From assembly GCA_027604505.1 (NCBI GenBank), contig JADIIX010000046.1, positions 62,001 through 126,000 of the forward strand: 64,000 bases of DNA. Reading direction: 5' to 3'. Positions 1-11,579 of the stretch are shown one piece after another. The first letter of the stretch is position 1, and each line of letters begins with the position of its first letter. The notes below the pieces were generated by a model. It had not been told where the DNA came from. It searched no databases and saw nothing but the letters and a program-made list of their open reading frames with translations. The translations under genes and the position numbers were made by a program. Source of the DNA: Gonapodya sp. JEL0774 (Eukaryota).

Positions 1-1216
1 GTGAACAATTTCCGGCACTTAGAACGGCAAGATGGACCCGATGTCAATCAGCGACCGGTAACTGCTGGCCTGTCGCAAATCTTCTCACCAACTTGAATTC
101 CACTGGGACCGGTGCCCACCATTGCGACCCGTTTCCCTTCAAGGGATATATCGTCGCGCCAGTAGCAGGTGTGTTGTGTCTGACCTGCAAATGTTGAGAC
201 GCCAGGGTAGTCCTGATGGCGTTGAGGTTGGGATTACTGTCCCGATAATGTCACCGTCAAAAGATCCAAGACTCACGGGAACGTACGGCTTCGTAAAGAC
301 TCCAGACGTCTGCAACAATCAATCAGCAAATTGACGTTCAATCTGGCCCGCTGTGGGTCACGCACCCTGAGGACTCACGTTCAAGACAATGTTCGCTTGA
401 AACACGCCTGTGCGCACCACCTTTCGCTTAAAAGTTCCTTCCCATTGCCCTTCTTCTTCAAGAACACGACCTTGAGGCTTTTCGAGAACTTGATAGTGTA
501 TATTCCACACTTTCTCGGTATCGTCCCATACTAACTTCGTAATTTCGTGGTTGAAACGAACATGCGGAAGAACTTGGGAGCAGCCAATGTCAAGATTGCT
601 CTTCGCTAACGACTGAGTTCTGCTTACTGTTGTATTTGTGACAAACACTCGTCATGTAAGCTTGGAGCTCTTGTCGCGGTGCGTACTTGAAGAAGCGACA
701 AACGATAAAAAGTGGAAACAAGCCAACACAAAAACAAAATCGCTCACTTCACAACTCCAATTAGGGTTCAATTCAAATGAAAAGGAATAGAAATGCGAGG
801 GGATGTCGCATGCGCATCCTGTACGAAGTGTCATGCATATTGCTATTCTTTTCCAAAGCACTGGACGCTCACCAGGATACTTTTGATGACGCCAAGTGCC
901 ACCAATCCCCTCTGAAGACTTTTCAAAGACGACGAAGTTCTGAAACCCCATCTTGTAATGAAGTAGAGGATCGCATTCAGAATCGGAGGTGACGCGAAGA
1001 ACAATCTACATCGCAATCTCTTGAGGAGAAAAGGTACTCACTCTGTGCTTCAAGTTAACAGCTGCGGCGATGCCGCCCGTTCCTGTCCCCACCTTTGCAC
1101 ATGGAAATTGATTCCGAGAAATCCGTTGGGTGACACTTGACACAGATTGACCCAGAAACTCAAATCGCTCTTACAAGCGCGATGATGGGCTGTCCTGTTT
1201 GCTTCAAAGTTGACAT
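1..1216 (-). CDS. Baeyer-Villiger/flavin-dependent monooxygenase, multi-exon, 3' end beyond window start
   Basis: Spliced translation gives MSTLKQTGQPIIAL|VGTGTGGIAAA (first GxGxxG), GGTWRHQKYPG|CACDIPSHFYSFSF, the BVMO fingerprint FAGQTQHTCYW (FxGxxxHxxxW, ~160-195) and the second Rossmann motif GKRVAMVGTGPSGIQ. Confidence 0.92.
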
Positions 1217-1549
1217 TGCGGGAAACTAGTGATATATTGAAAGGTGATCGGACCCTCGGGTAGAACTTGCCGAAGACACGATGAACGCAGTGAAACGGAG
1301 GATGTATTATGGATCTCAAAGTTGACAAAACTCAGAGAATCAATTGGAATGAACATGTAAATTGCGATATTGTAATGTTTTTTGCTGTGGGTGCTGAAAT
1401 CAAAATGAAATTTTGATGCCATACAGCCAGACTTCACTTGGCAAACTAGACCACGAATTCGGCAATACTATCTCACAAGTTAGGTCAATATGTAAAGCAA
1501 TGCAGTTTCGTTGATTTACCTCTTGCTGGTCTCAAGTCTCAACAGTCAC

Positions 1550-3302
1550 TCATTTGAGAGAGAATCTCGGCAACAGCCCAGAGTTGTTGCCGAGCTTCTC
1601 ACATGTTTCCAGTAAAGCTTGAATTGGGTCCAAAGTTGGATCCTCGATGACACATGTGCCAAGACACGTCTCATTGTCATTCTGTTGGTGAACCCAACCG
1701 CTGCCAGTCGACGAGGCGGGTTCTGCATGCCCCAGACATTCCTGGAGCAACTGAGAGGGAGCAGATTCTCCACCACGAGATGTTGGTGAAGAAATAATGC
1801 TGCTGTCTTGTGTTATTCTGGTGTAACACATCTGGGTAGCGAGAATATCACACTTGGCGAGTGCCAACTGTTGAGCAACTGTCCCGATTTTACGCAGAAG
1901 CCTTTCTTGCGCATCAATGAGATACTTGACCTCTTTTGCAGCCTGCTTTTTCAGGGCTGAGGTGAGCGGGCGGTGTGACCATGAGGCTGCTCTGGTTGTC
2001 GAACTTGATCCGCTGAACTTTTCGGGGTCAATCATGGGGTTGACTTCCGCGATCATCAACATCTGACTCAGTCCTGGTTTGAAATCCACCAAGCTGACAT
2101 GTTTGCTGAGATCTCCAGATGAAGCTTTGAGCTCAACGCCCGCATAGACGGCAACTTGAGTTTCAAATTGTCGCAGTTGCTCCACGAGAACCAACGTATC
2201 AACGAGAGGTGATATGTTGCATCCTAGTTCTTTATGCATTGTTGGAACAGATTCTCGGCTGTCGTGGAAGATTTTGAGTGTCTTCCTGTTCTCCAGCAAC
2301 CTCTGGAGAATGGCGAGAAGTTTCTGCTGGGTACTTGGATCGAAGAACCTGTAGATCAAGACAATTTCACGGCTGCCAGCACATAATCACATCTTGATCC
2401 GCTCACTGAAAAGCAGTAATGTCTAGAATATACACGCTTGCTCTGGTTGCTAAAACCAAAAGACCACCAGCTTCCAATGGTATGAACTTGCATCCAAGGG
2501 CTTCGACGTTCTCAAGATCCCGCAGAGTGGCTCTCCATGTCTCAGGTGAATCCAAAAGGAGAGCCGCCACTGCTCGAGGGATCACGCTGCCTCTGCTGGC
2601 CGATGGGATGCCGACCTGATGTTCGGGCAGCGCATGTGGAGCACAATCAGGGAGCTTGAAAATGCTCTCATCATCACGAATGTTGTATGCTGTGAAAAAA
2701 TCACTTTGAACGTACCGGAACCTGTGTGCGGATACACGTCACTTACTAGGACGCTGTGATTTGAAGTTGATCATCAGCTCTTGAGTACTTCGATCAACCA
2801 AAATCGAGTCGCCACAAAGTGACTCAATTCCCGCAAGACCGCGAGGATGGAGTTGCAAGTAGAATTTATGCAAACCGGTATTCTCGATCTTCATGTCGCT
2901 AATGAGCTTGGAGAACGACATTGATCGAGTTCCTCCAAGTGTTTTCTGCCAAACAAATCGCAATAGTGTTTGCTTATAAAACTATCAGAGTGGAGAAGGC
3001 GTACGTGAGCTGGAAAATGTGGTTACAGTAAAGAAGTCACACTCTCCACCCACCCCCGACATCCGGACTTCAATCGTTTCATTCCCCATTCCCTTGCTCC
3101 TATCGACATGCACTTCTTCTCCCAGAATATTTTCGAGTCCTTTCAGTCCTCCCGGGCGAAAACTTTTCCAGAATGTCCGGAGTTCCGGATAATTGCAGAG
3201 CAACTTGGAAATAAACAGGTTGGCCTTGATGGGATGTTTCCCTCCATTTGTGGAACTCAGAAGAAACGATATGATGGTTTCTTTTTCGTGGATTTGATTC
3301 AT
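1550..3302 (-). CDS. Paralog of the 3641-6965 gene: two ~70-aa repeats plus a degenerate (pseudo) DEDD 3'-5' exonuclease domain, no ATPase
   Basis: Exons lie in ORFs 2985-3398, 2739-2963, 2403-2585 and 1550-2359. Motifs ATRASVYILD, KIFHDSRES, VDTLVL, DFKPGLSQML, WSHRPL and QAAKEVKYL align to the neighbouring gene, and intron positions are shared. Confidence 0.8.
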
Positions 3303-3640
3303 TCCTGTGGAGAGCGCGGGTGATGACGCAAACGTAATATGACGTTCCTCAGGGCAGGGATGCCGAGGACTCAAGAGCGCTGCCTGACACCACTGCACTG
3401 GTTGATATTACATCATACATACATGTATCACTCTAATACAAGTCCAGTGGTAACAAATGCGGGACATCATAATTGAAGCACACGGATGCACAAGAAAATC
3501 AAAAATACGCCCACATTCGAATGAGTAAACCAATGAATTCACTGTAACATCATTGTAACTTAAGATGATCGCAAAAATTCTCTAATATCTCAACACTACT
3601 TGAAATTAAAGACGCACGTAGTCATTATGCAAATCAAATT

Positions 3641-6600
3641 TCATTTTCGTGGCTCATCAATATCTCCACGAAAGCGGCCCCCTTCCATTTCAAACCGCCC
3701 CATCAGCTTACCCGTCCTCCCATCAATCCATCGGAGCTCCTTCAAGTGCTTTTCCTGCGCAAGCATCTTATCAACCGTGCTCGTGACGTTTCGGTAGATG
3801 GCCCACTCCGTCTTTCCTTGAAGCTCAATAATTGTGTCGCATGTCGGTTTTCCAGCCCTCTCACTACGGGTCTTACGATCAGTTCTCAGCATCTTTGCTT
3901 TATCATCACCAAGAATTACTGATTGTAGTCCACCAACGAGACCGTTCAAATCTGGGTTGGAGAGGAGTGACGAGATTGATCCATGTGCTGTGGCAATAAG
4001 CTGGACGCCACGTTGAGCGATTGCCTTGGCGGATGTACACTCGTTTCGGTCACCCAATTCGTCAATTATAATCACGTCGGGGGTATCTTGGTGTGTCAAA
4101 GTTGCAGTCGAGACAACCAAATAATCGGTAAGCACAGCTGAATTTACTCACGATTCTTCACAATTTCAAGCATAATATTGTGCTGATTTCTTTGATCGTC
4201 CACCTGGAATCTTCGAGACTTGCCGATTGCGGGATGCGGTATGTCTCCGTCACCACCAATCTCGCACGATGTATCGCAAATAACACAGCGCTTGCTCAGA
4301 GTCACCGAGAGGAAGCGAGATATATCACGGAGAAGAGTTGTCTTCCCTTGGCCTGTGGATGTGGATGAGAATTACCGCAACCGCAGCTGTACACACCATG
4401 CGATGAAGCTAACTCACCGGGCAATCCCAAAATGAGGATCGACTTGCCATCGGCAAATACATCACCCAACGCATTCGCTATGCCTTGCACAACTCTAGCA
4501 ATCCTTATTGTGATCCCGACAGTCTCACCATTCTTGTTCGGGATGCGCGATATTCGGTGGATATGCTTGTCTAAACCCGCTCTGTTGTCCCTGCCGAATT
4601 TCAAGGACTCAACAAGCCCACGCACTTCCGTCTTTGAGAGAGGTTCCCCAATCTGTACCGCAGATGTGGAACCCAAGACGTGCGCTTCTGCGCAGGAGCC
4701 AAAATCAAAAACGAGTTCGTAAATCGAGTCCAGAGGCTGATCTGAGACCCTGAAGGCTTCGGTCAGAGCATTTCGAGTGGGTGTCGGAAGCAGATCAAGA
4801 ACAACTTCCAAGTCGGCATCGATATAAAGCTCTGGACCCGCACTCAGTTCCTTATCTTTGAAATCCTTGGCAGCTTGAGACTCCGACTCTTCTGTTTCAC
4901 TGACATCCGCGAAGGGCGGTGACGGGGTGAAAGTTGCTTTCCACGTCTCTGGATGAATCCGCACCAGCAAATCCCTTCCGATCGGTTTACGTGCAGACTC
5001 AGCAGTGATCTCCTTGATTTCTGCTCGCCGGAATTCGTTCGCGTACTCCTCGCACTTGGCCACCGCGAGATTTTTGGCTGCGTCGGAAATACTTTGAAGA
5101 AGTTTATGACGCGCTGTGATGAGGTATCGCACGTCACCCGCAGCATAATCGAGTAGTAATTTAGAAATGGGTCGACGAATCCACACGTCTTTGTCTCGTT
5201 CCATCAATTTACGTCCTTCGGACTTGTGTGTGTTGATCTCGCAACCCGCTACCTGCAGCATCTCATTCAAGCCAGGTTTGAGGTCCATTTTGTCGATCTG
5301 GTCTGCACGGAGGGCTGCTGTCGCAAATGAGTCGTCCTTTGACCAGTCCGCAAGCTCCCGTTCCAGTTTTCGTAACTGCATCAAAAGCACCTGTGTGTCT
5401 ACTACGTTGGAGATCTTAATGCCAAGCGTATGAAATGCCACATCCGCATCGGCGCGACAATCATGAAATATTTTCTCGATGGCAGTGTTTTCCATGACGG
5501 ATTTGAGGGTTTGAAAGACGGAAGTGCGTTCAGAGGAAGGAAAACGCCTTGAGTAATGTCGTCGAGTTCAGACTCTCCCTTTCAACTGAAGTTATGTAAA
5601 GCTGGTGTGTGCTTACTGAGCAGCAACAAAATCCAATATGTACACCTTCTCTCGAGTTGCAATTTGCCAAAGGTCAATACGACCATCGCTCCTCAGATCT
5701 CCTTCTGTGTCGCAGCCAAGAACTTTTGATCTTCCTATGCACTCCAATGCCTTCGTCCAAGCTTGAACTGTATCAGTAACTACGACAGGTATGGTACGTG
5801 GGTTTACTCCTGTTCCGGATTCGTTCTCCAGAGAATCAGCCTGGCTCTCCGGAGTGGTTTGGTAATCTGGGCCCCAGCTGTTACAGTCGGCCTCGGCCTC
5901 TAAATATTAGGTAAGGACTTGTCACATGCGTCCCCCGAAATAGACTTTAATCCCACGTACCCGGAGTGCTGGCCATCGACTTTGGCAAGACAAGAGGAGC
6001 GCTCACAGTAGATCGCGACTCTTTCTTATCAGCAGAGGTATTTGATCTAGTCGATTCACCTAGCTTCAAAGTTGAAATGCTGGAATTTGTGTTCGGTGAG
6101 GGATTGGGTTCCGTAGCTGAGGGTTCTGACCTGCTATTCGCAACATTAAACGAAGCTACCACGACCAGTAAGATGGTGATCTTAGGACGCAAACAATCAC
6201 GGAGACTCAATAGATCTCACAAGAGCTACGTGCGAGATTAACCTGGACTCTTCCTGTACCCTGCCCCAATAGAACAATATCCAATCCCAGAAGTGCGCGA
6301 AAACCCTTCACGCCCTTTGGCTTCATTCCCGAGTAAAACGCGAAGAGAGCTGGCTTCCCCTTTTGCAGCTGACTTACAAACTCGCTGAACAACACGGGAT
6401 TCTTGCCGCTGTCAGTTGCACGGTGTAACTCGTAGAGAATTGCACTCTTGTAGTACTGATAACAATCAATACATTTAATGGGAGGAGAACATTCTATTGA
6501 AATGGGAGCCGACGAAGAACAATCACCTCTGTTTTGAGACCAACACTGGAGGCGACCGTGTCATGGCCACCAGCTGCAATTTTCGAGTCAGAGGCAGTGC

Positions 6601-6965
6601 TTGCACCCGGAAGATGAGAGCGAGACAAGAAGTTCGTATCAGAAGTGGGAGATTTTGCTTGGCTCGATGACTGAAAGAAGTACATACATCAGGTGACATC
6701 ATTTCAAGAAACTCCATGCCACACGCACGCTCTTCGCTACCAACGCGATCGACCCCATGATATTGTCGACGACAACATTTTGTCCCATGATCTCTTGTAT
6801 ACCCTTCAGTCCCCCGACGGGGAGCCCATTGTACCATTGGCGAAAGCCTGGTGCATGCTGGATCAACGAGCTGATGAAAGATCCAGCATTTGTACCGTGC
6901 TTGCCGTCGTCAGTAGCTTCACGAAGTTTTGACATGAGGACTTGACGCGCTGAATGATCGTCCAT
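3641..6965 (-). CDS. Fusion protein: two ~70-aa N-terminal repeats + DEDDy 3'-5' exonuclease (EXD1/Egalitarian-like subfamily) + Ycf45/SpoIIIAA-like P-loop ATPase
   Basis: ExoI VLGCDTEG (~5700-5725, missing from the ORF track), ExoII KIFHDCRAD and ExoIII DYAAGDVRYL are present. The ATPase part has NRAGLDKHIHRISRI, Walker A GLPG|QGKTT split by an intron, DTSCEIGGDGDIPHPAIG, N|HTPDVIIIDELG (Walker B), RGVQLIATAHG and LVGGLQSVILGD. The end of the exonuclease and the start of the ATPase share one ORF (4302-5495). Confidence 0.88.
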
Positions 6966-7341
6966 TTTACGTGGAAAGAACTGACTTGATGGACGCGATA
7001 GTTTGGCGGGGTATGCGCTTCCTGAAACTAAGGGAAGGCCCATCACATAAATACAAGCTCTCTTCATTTGGCTTATTATAATCAACTTTATTTGAATATT
7101 TGTCTGCTGCTTTTCTCATCTCAGCAAGCCTTTCGACAAAAGTAGCAGCAATTGTCTGGCCCCGACCGGGCATGGGTAATACGGGGAATATCAAATTGAC
7201 AAGTCTATCGTGCACTTTGCGATTACTGTTTCGGTCTTGCGCAGGGAGTGTGTGTAAAAAAGGGAAGTGGGTGCCGTGGTAAGTGGGTATTCTATGTTGC
7301 CAGCGTTTGCGCTGCTGTTGCGCCTTGCTCTGCCAATGCCG

Positions 7342-10300
7342 TCATACCATGTCAGTCACCGAATTTGCTGACGAGCTACTTGGCGAAGTGATGATCGGCC
7401 TCCGACAGTAAGGGCAATTGCGATGCTCATCAAACCACTGCCGAATGCAGGGTTCGTGCTGTATTGATGGAGACAGGGTGGGTTTGCAAGCGCGACAACG
7501 GCAACTGGCGTGGCGCGGGTACTCACAAACAGATGTCCACACGGCAGCTTCTTCGCTTTCGATCCAGGTATATGCTCCTCCATACATACGGCGCACATTG
7601 GCAGTTCAACCGGATGTGTCGCGGTACCACCCGCCGCCCCAATCCTCGCTGACGCACTTCTGGTCCTCCCCGCGAGAGCTAAGCTCCTCACACTTCTTGC
7701 ACCAGTATCAGAGTGTGTAGATGACATGGAAGCGTTCGAAGCTGCGCCCGCGAGACCTGCAGACGGCGCCGCAGGTGCGTCCGAGGAAGCAGGGGCAACC
7801 CAACCGGCGGGGGCCTCAACAGTTACCGTGGGGATAGCAGCGAGTTGACGGCCAGTAACGCCTTGGAAGGAGGGGAGGTCTGCCATGGCAATGAGGCAAG
7901 GCTAAATTGACGGTGGGTGAATTACGGTGGAATCAGGGAACATTTCAACGAACAGTCGCTTCGCGCTCAGGCGAAACCAACCATACTCACGATGCAGAAC
8001 ATCGGCAAACTCAACATCACAAACGCCGCGCACTCCACCATCAACAACACCGAGGTCACGTCGTACACGGCAGTGTAGTTGTTGTTCGGATCAACCTGTT
8101 TTTGAGCACGGAAGCAAAGTAAGCAAAGTGCGTTCCTACTTGCGCATGCTCACAACGCTGTACGCCCTGAAATAGAAGCTCCAAAAACTCACGCAAGAGT
8201 CGTCAACAGTTCTCACGAATCCCACGCCGATGGGCACCATCAGAGCCTGTCCGACCAGTATAGCTGATGAAAACATCCACGCCGTCCGGGTAAAGAGTAC
8301 CCTAAGTGACAGAAACTGCCCAGTTAAACAGAGAAGCGCCACACCACCTCACGCGACTTACTTTCGATAGCTCGCCCAATCGAACCTTCGCAACCTGTGA
8401 GGCATCCACACGACCACCACGCTACACAAGACCACTTGAAGAGCTCTCAGAACCGACTCGCCGATAGTGTAGCTGGCGAGTCGGTTGTCGCACCAGGCTG
8501 GGTTCGAGGTCAGGAGGGGGGAGTCGTGGGTGAGCGAAGCCAGGGTGAAGGAGAAGAGGAGGAGATTGGCCAGGAGGTGGACGACCGTCCAGAACCTGGA
8601 ATGGGGGGAAGATGGGGATGGTATAGGTGTGTCAGTGGCGGTGCAGTGAAGGGAGGGGCTCTGCCTTCAGAGGGGACTCCTTGTTCCCCGGCCTCATTCT
8701 AGATACTCAAATCAGCACCACACGACCCCAATTCACTCTCCATCATTACCTCTCACCCCAGTCCGCGCCATCTCGCCAACTCGCTGTCTCACTCTCAGCC
8801 CACTCCGCATCTCGACCATCGGGTACCAACCTCCACATCGACCATGCCAACGGCCCTGGCCCCACATCGTGCACAGGATCGTCTCTCGCCCCTGCATTAT
8901 ACTCGTCCTGCATCTGCTGCTGTGCCTGCTGGCTCAACCCGCTGGCCGTCCCCGTCGCGGTGGCACCGGAGGCACCCGCGGCGGCGGCCCCCGACCCACC
9001 CGAGGCGTTCGACGAGCGGAACCCGAACCGACTCAGTGCGCCTGCGCGGGATTGTTGCCCCGAGGCTGGTGTGGTGGGCGAAGTGGTCAGGCTGGGCGGT
9101 GACGCGGACGCGGCGGAGGTGGACGCCGGGCCGGCGGTAGGAGGAGGTGGGGGATTCGAGTCGGGAAGGGAGGTAGGTGAGGACGGTGAGGAGCTGGACG
9201 ATGCGGGTGCAGGGGAAGGTGTTGATGATGTGGGAGGAAGGGATGATGGGGAGGTGGTGAGCATCGAGGTGGATGTACCTGCAGAGGAGGATGGGGAGGG
9301 GAGGACGGTGGTGGAGGAAGTGGAGGACCGGACGGAGGCGGAGAGGACGATAGGGACTGTGGGAGGGAGAGTGGGGTGAGAGGAAGCGAAGATGAGCGCG
9401 TTGAACGGGGACACAGAGGGGTTCAAAGAACAACAAGTGAACGAGGTTCGAAAGTTGGTCCGTTCGATTCACATGGTTGTTCCAGTCTGCACGTTCTGAA
9501 CAGCACGTCGGTTCTGCAATCATCACCGCGGCCCAGACCGACGGCTGCTTTCTGAAGCTCTCGGGAAGGTCCCAAAGGCCAAAAGCCCATGTCGCAATCC
9601 CCGACGAGACACCGTGGTTGATTCCTTCAAGGATCCATCCACGATCCTTGAAAGCAAGAAACGGGAGGTCGTTGCGAGGTATGAGAATGGTGTGGATTCT
9701 GGATGGCTCTCTTTGCGAACTCCACCGAGCAACGAAACTCCGCTTGCGAAGGCAACAAGAGTCCTGCACGTGCACGATTGTCAAAGATACCGGTTTGTGA
9801 AACGAGTAATTCCATTTGAGTAGTTTGAAAGTGGCGTGAAGCCTTGACGCGGGGTCTCATGGAGGATTTCGAACGCCCCCCGTTCGACTTATTGGGTCGC
9901 TCATCACGAGCATCCCTTCACCCGCCATCACTCACGTCTCGCCTGAGCAGATTCTCTTGCACCGCCGAGTACATCACTTTTCGTCTTCCTTGCGGTGCTC
10001 GTGCTCGCCTGGCTCGCGTTGCCGATTCCGATCCCACCAGAGTGAGGGTTTGCGCTCGCCGCGTTCATCCCCGCGACGACAGCCGCGACCGAGCCCGGCG
10101 TGGATTGGAAATCAGACGCGGAGAGCGTGGATAGTGGTGCGATGGGAGGGTGGATTGCGGTGGTGGTGCCGGTGTGGTCGTTTCCAGGGAGGGATGATTT
10201 CCGGTTGGTGGTTGGGGGAAGGTCGAGATTGGCGGGAGACACAGCCGTGCCCGTCGCAGTCGCGGTCGCTGCAGAGTTCGCGGCGTTCTTGTTCTTGTTC

Positions 10301-10461
10301 TTGCTCTTCTTCCGCGACGGTGACGTTGTTCTCGTCGTCGTGGTGGTCGTCGCGTCGCCCCCCATCGTGGTCCCTCCTCCACCAAAACTCGTGAGCTCCT
10401 TCCCACTCGCGTCGGTCGTTTCGGGCGCCGTTGTCGTTGGGAGTCGACCGCTTGTCGACAT
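7342..10461 (-). CDS. Membrane-associated RING-H2 E3 ubiquitin ligase, multi-exon
   Basis: C-terminal CAVCMEE...LPCGHLF|HEPCIRQWFDEHRNCPYCR is a RING-H2 split by an intron. Hydrophobic exons lie at ~7900-8600 and low-complexity S/T/A exons upstream. The 5' extent (start 10461) is uncertain. Confidence 0.75.
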
Positions 10462-11579
10462 TTCGATTGGATCAACGCGTGTAGGGATGCGATGGTCGGT
10501 TGGAGAGTGTAATGGTTCAAGGTTTGGTGTGGTCTTGGGTTGGCGGGCTGTGGGGAGGTCCATGCTTGACTGTTCCCAGCCCTCGTTCAAAACCGAAATT
10601 TCTAGTATTATTTCACCAGCTTTCTCGGAAATCATATTCACCATAAAATTCCGCGTACTCTTCTACTATTGCAGCTAGTTAATGTATTGACATGCCCTTG
10701 CAGCTCATCCTCCCTCGAAACTTGTGGATGCTGTGGGGACTGAGCTCCGTCCTTCTGGACTGCATCATCGGACACTCTACGAAAGAAGCACTTTCTGGAG
10801 AAGGAAGACAAGACCGTGCGCCGGCGTCACCTGCAAACACGCACTTCAATCCGGCGACAGGTGATAATAATATGATGATGCTGCTGTCATGAGTGCCATC
10901 TCCATTTAGTGGTGATGAAGGTCACATCATAAAATCATCAATGCAAAAGTAAAGTCATCGAGTTTTCAGATGAATTGCTTCTCTTTCTCCCAGCCTGCTC
11001 CCGGATAGACATGGTGAAGCCCGCATGGTACGGGTCTTTTCTCTGACAGGGAACGATAGTGGCCGGGCGAACGTCCAAATCATTTTCACATTGGAGCTTC
11101 CGATGCTCTGAATCTTCACACCTTTAGAATTAACTTTAGTCGCCAAAGCACCAATCATGGAACGAATTCCACCACTTTGGAGGTTGACCCCAGTTCGCTG
11201 ATTGCTGTGGCCTACATAGGAGGATGGTTCCCGCCTGTGGAGTGCTTGGCTGGGAACCAACCAACGGACATGTTCTGATGCGGCGATTCCGCATCTCAAA
11301 TTATTTCCAAATCGGGCAATCGCCGCAATCGCGCTTTCCTACCGCTCGCTCGTCCAAACTGCGCTGACAGCTCTTTGGGTGGCGGCTCCCCTCGCCAACC
11401 ACATTCACTCGCCATTCCCATCCATTTCCCGCGCCTGCACATTCATCTTAAAAATCTCACACAGCTGCATTTCTGCCATTCGAACTCGCCAAGTTCTGCG
11501 TCGCTCTATTTCAACACTCCCACGATTTCTCAATCCACACCAACCTCCCCCCCTTCTGACATCACGCAGCATCGATCCC

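Noticed and set aside
3641..6965. Bacterial contamination or a prokaryotic defence operon, suggested by the Ycf45/SpoIIIAA-like ATPase
   Set aside because: The gene has several GT-AG introns, one inside Walker A, and sits among typical eukaryotic genes.
8627..10678. Long + strand ORFs (8627-9379, 10100-10678)
   Set aside because: They are antisense shadows of low-complexity GC-rich exons of the minus-strand RING gene.
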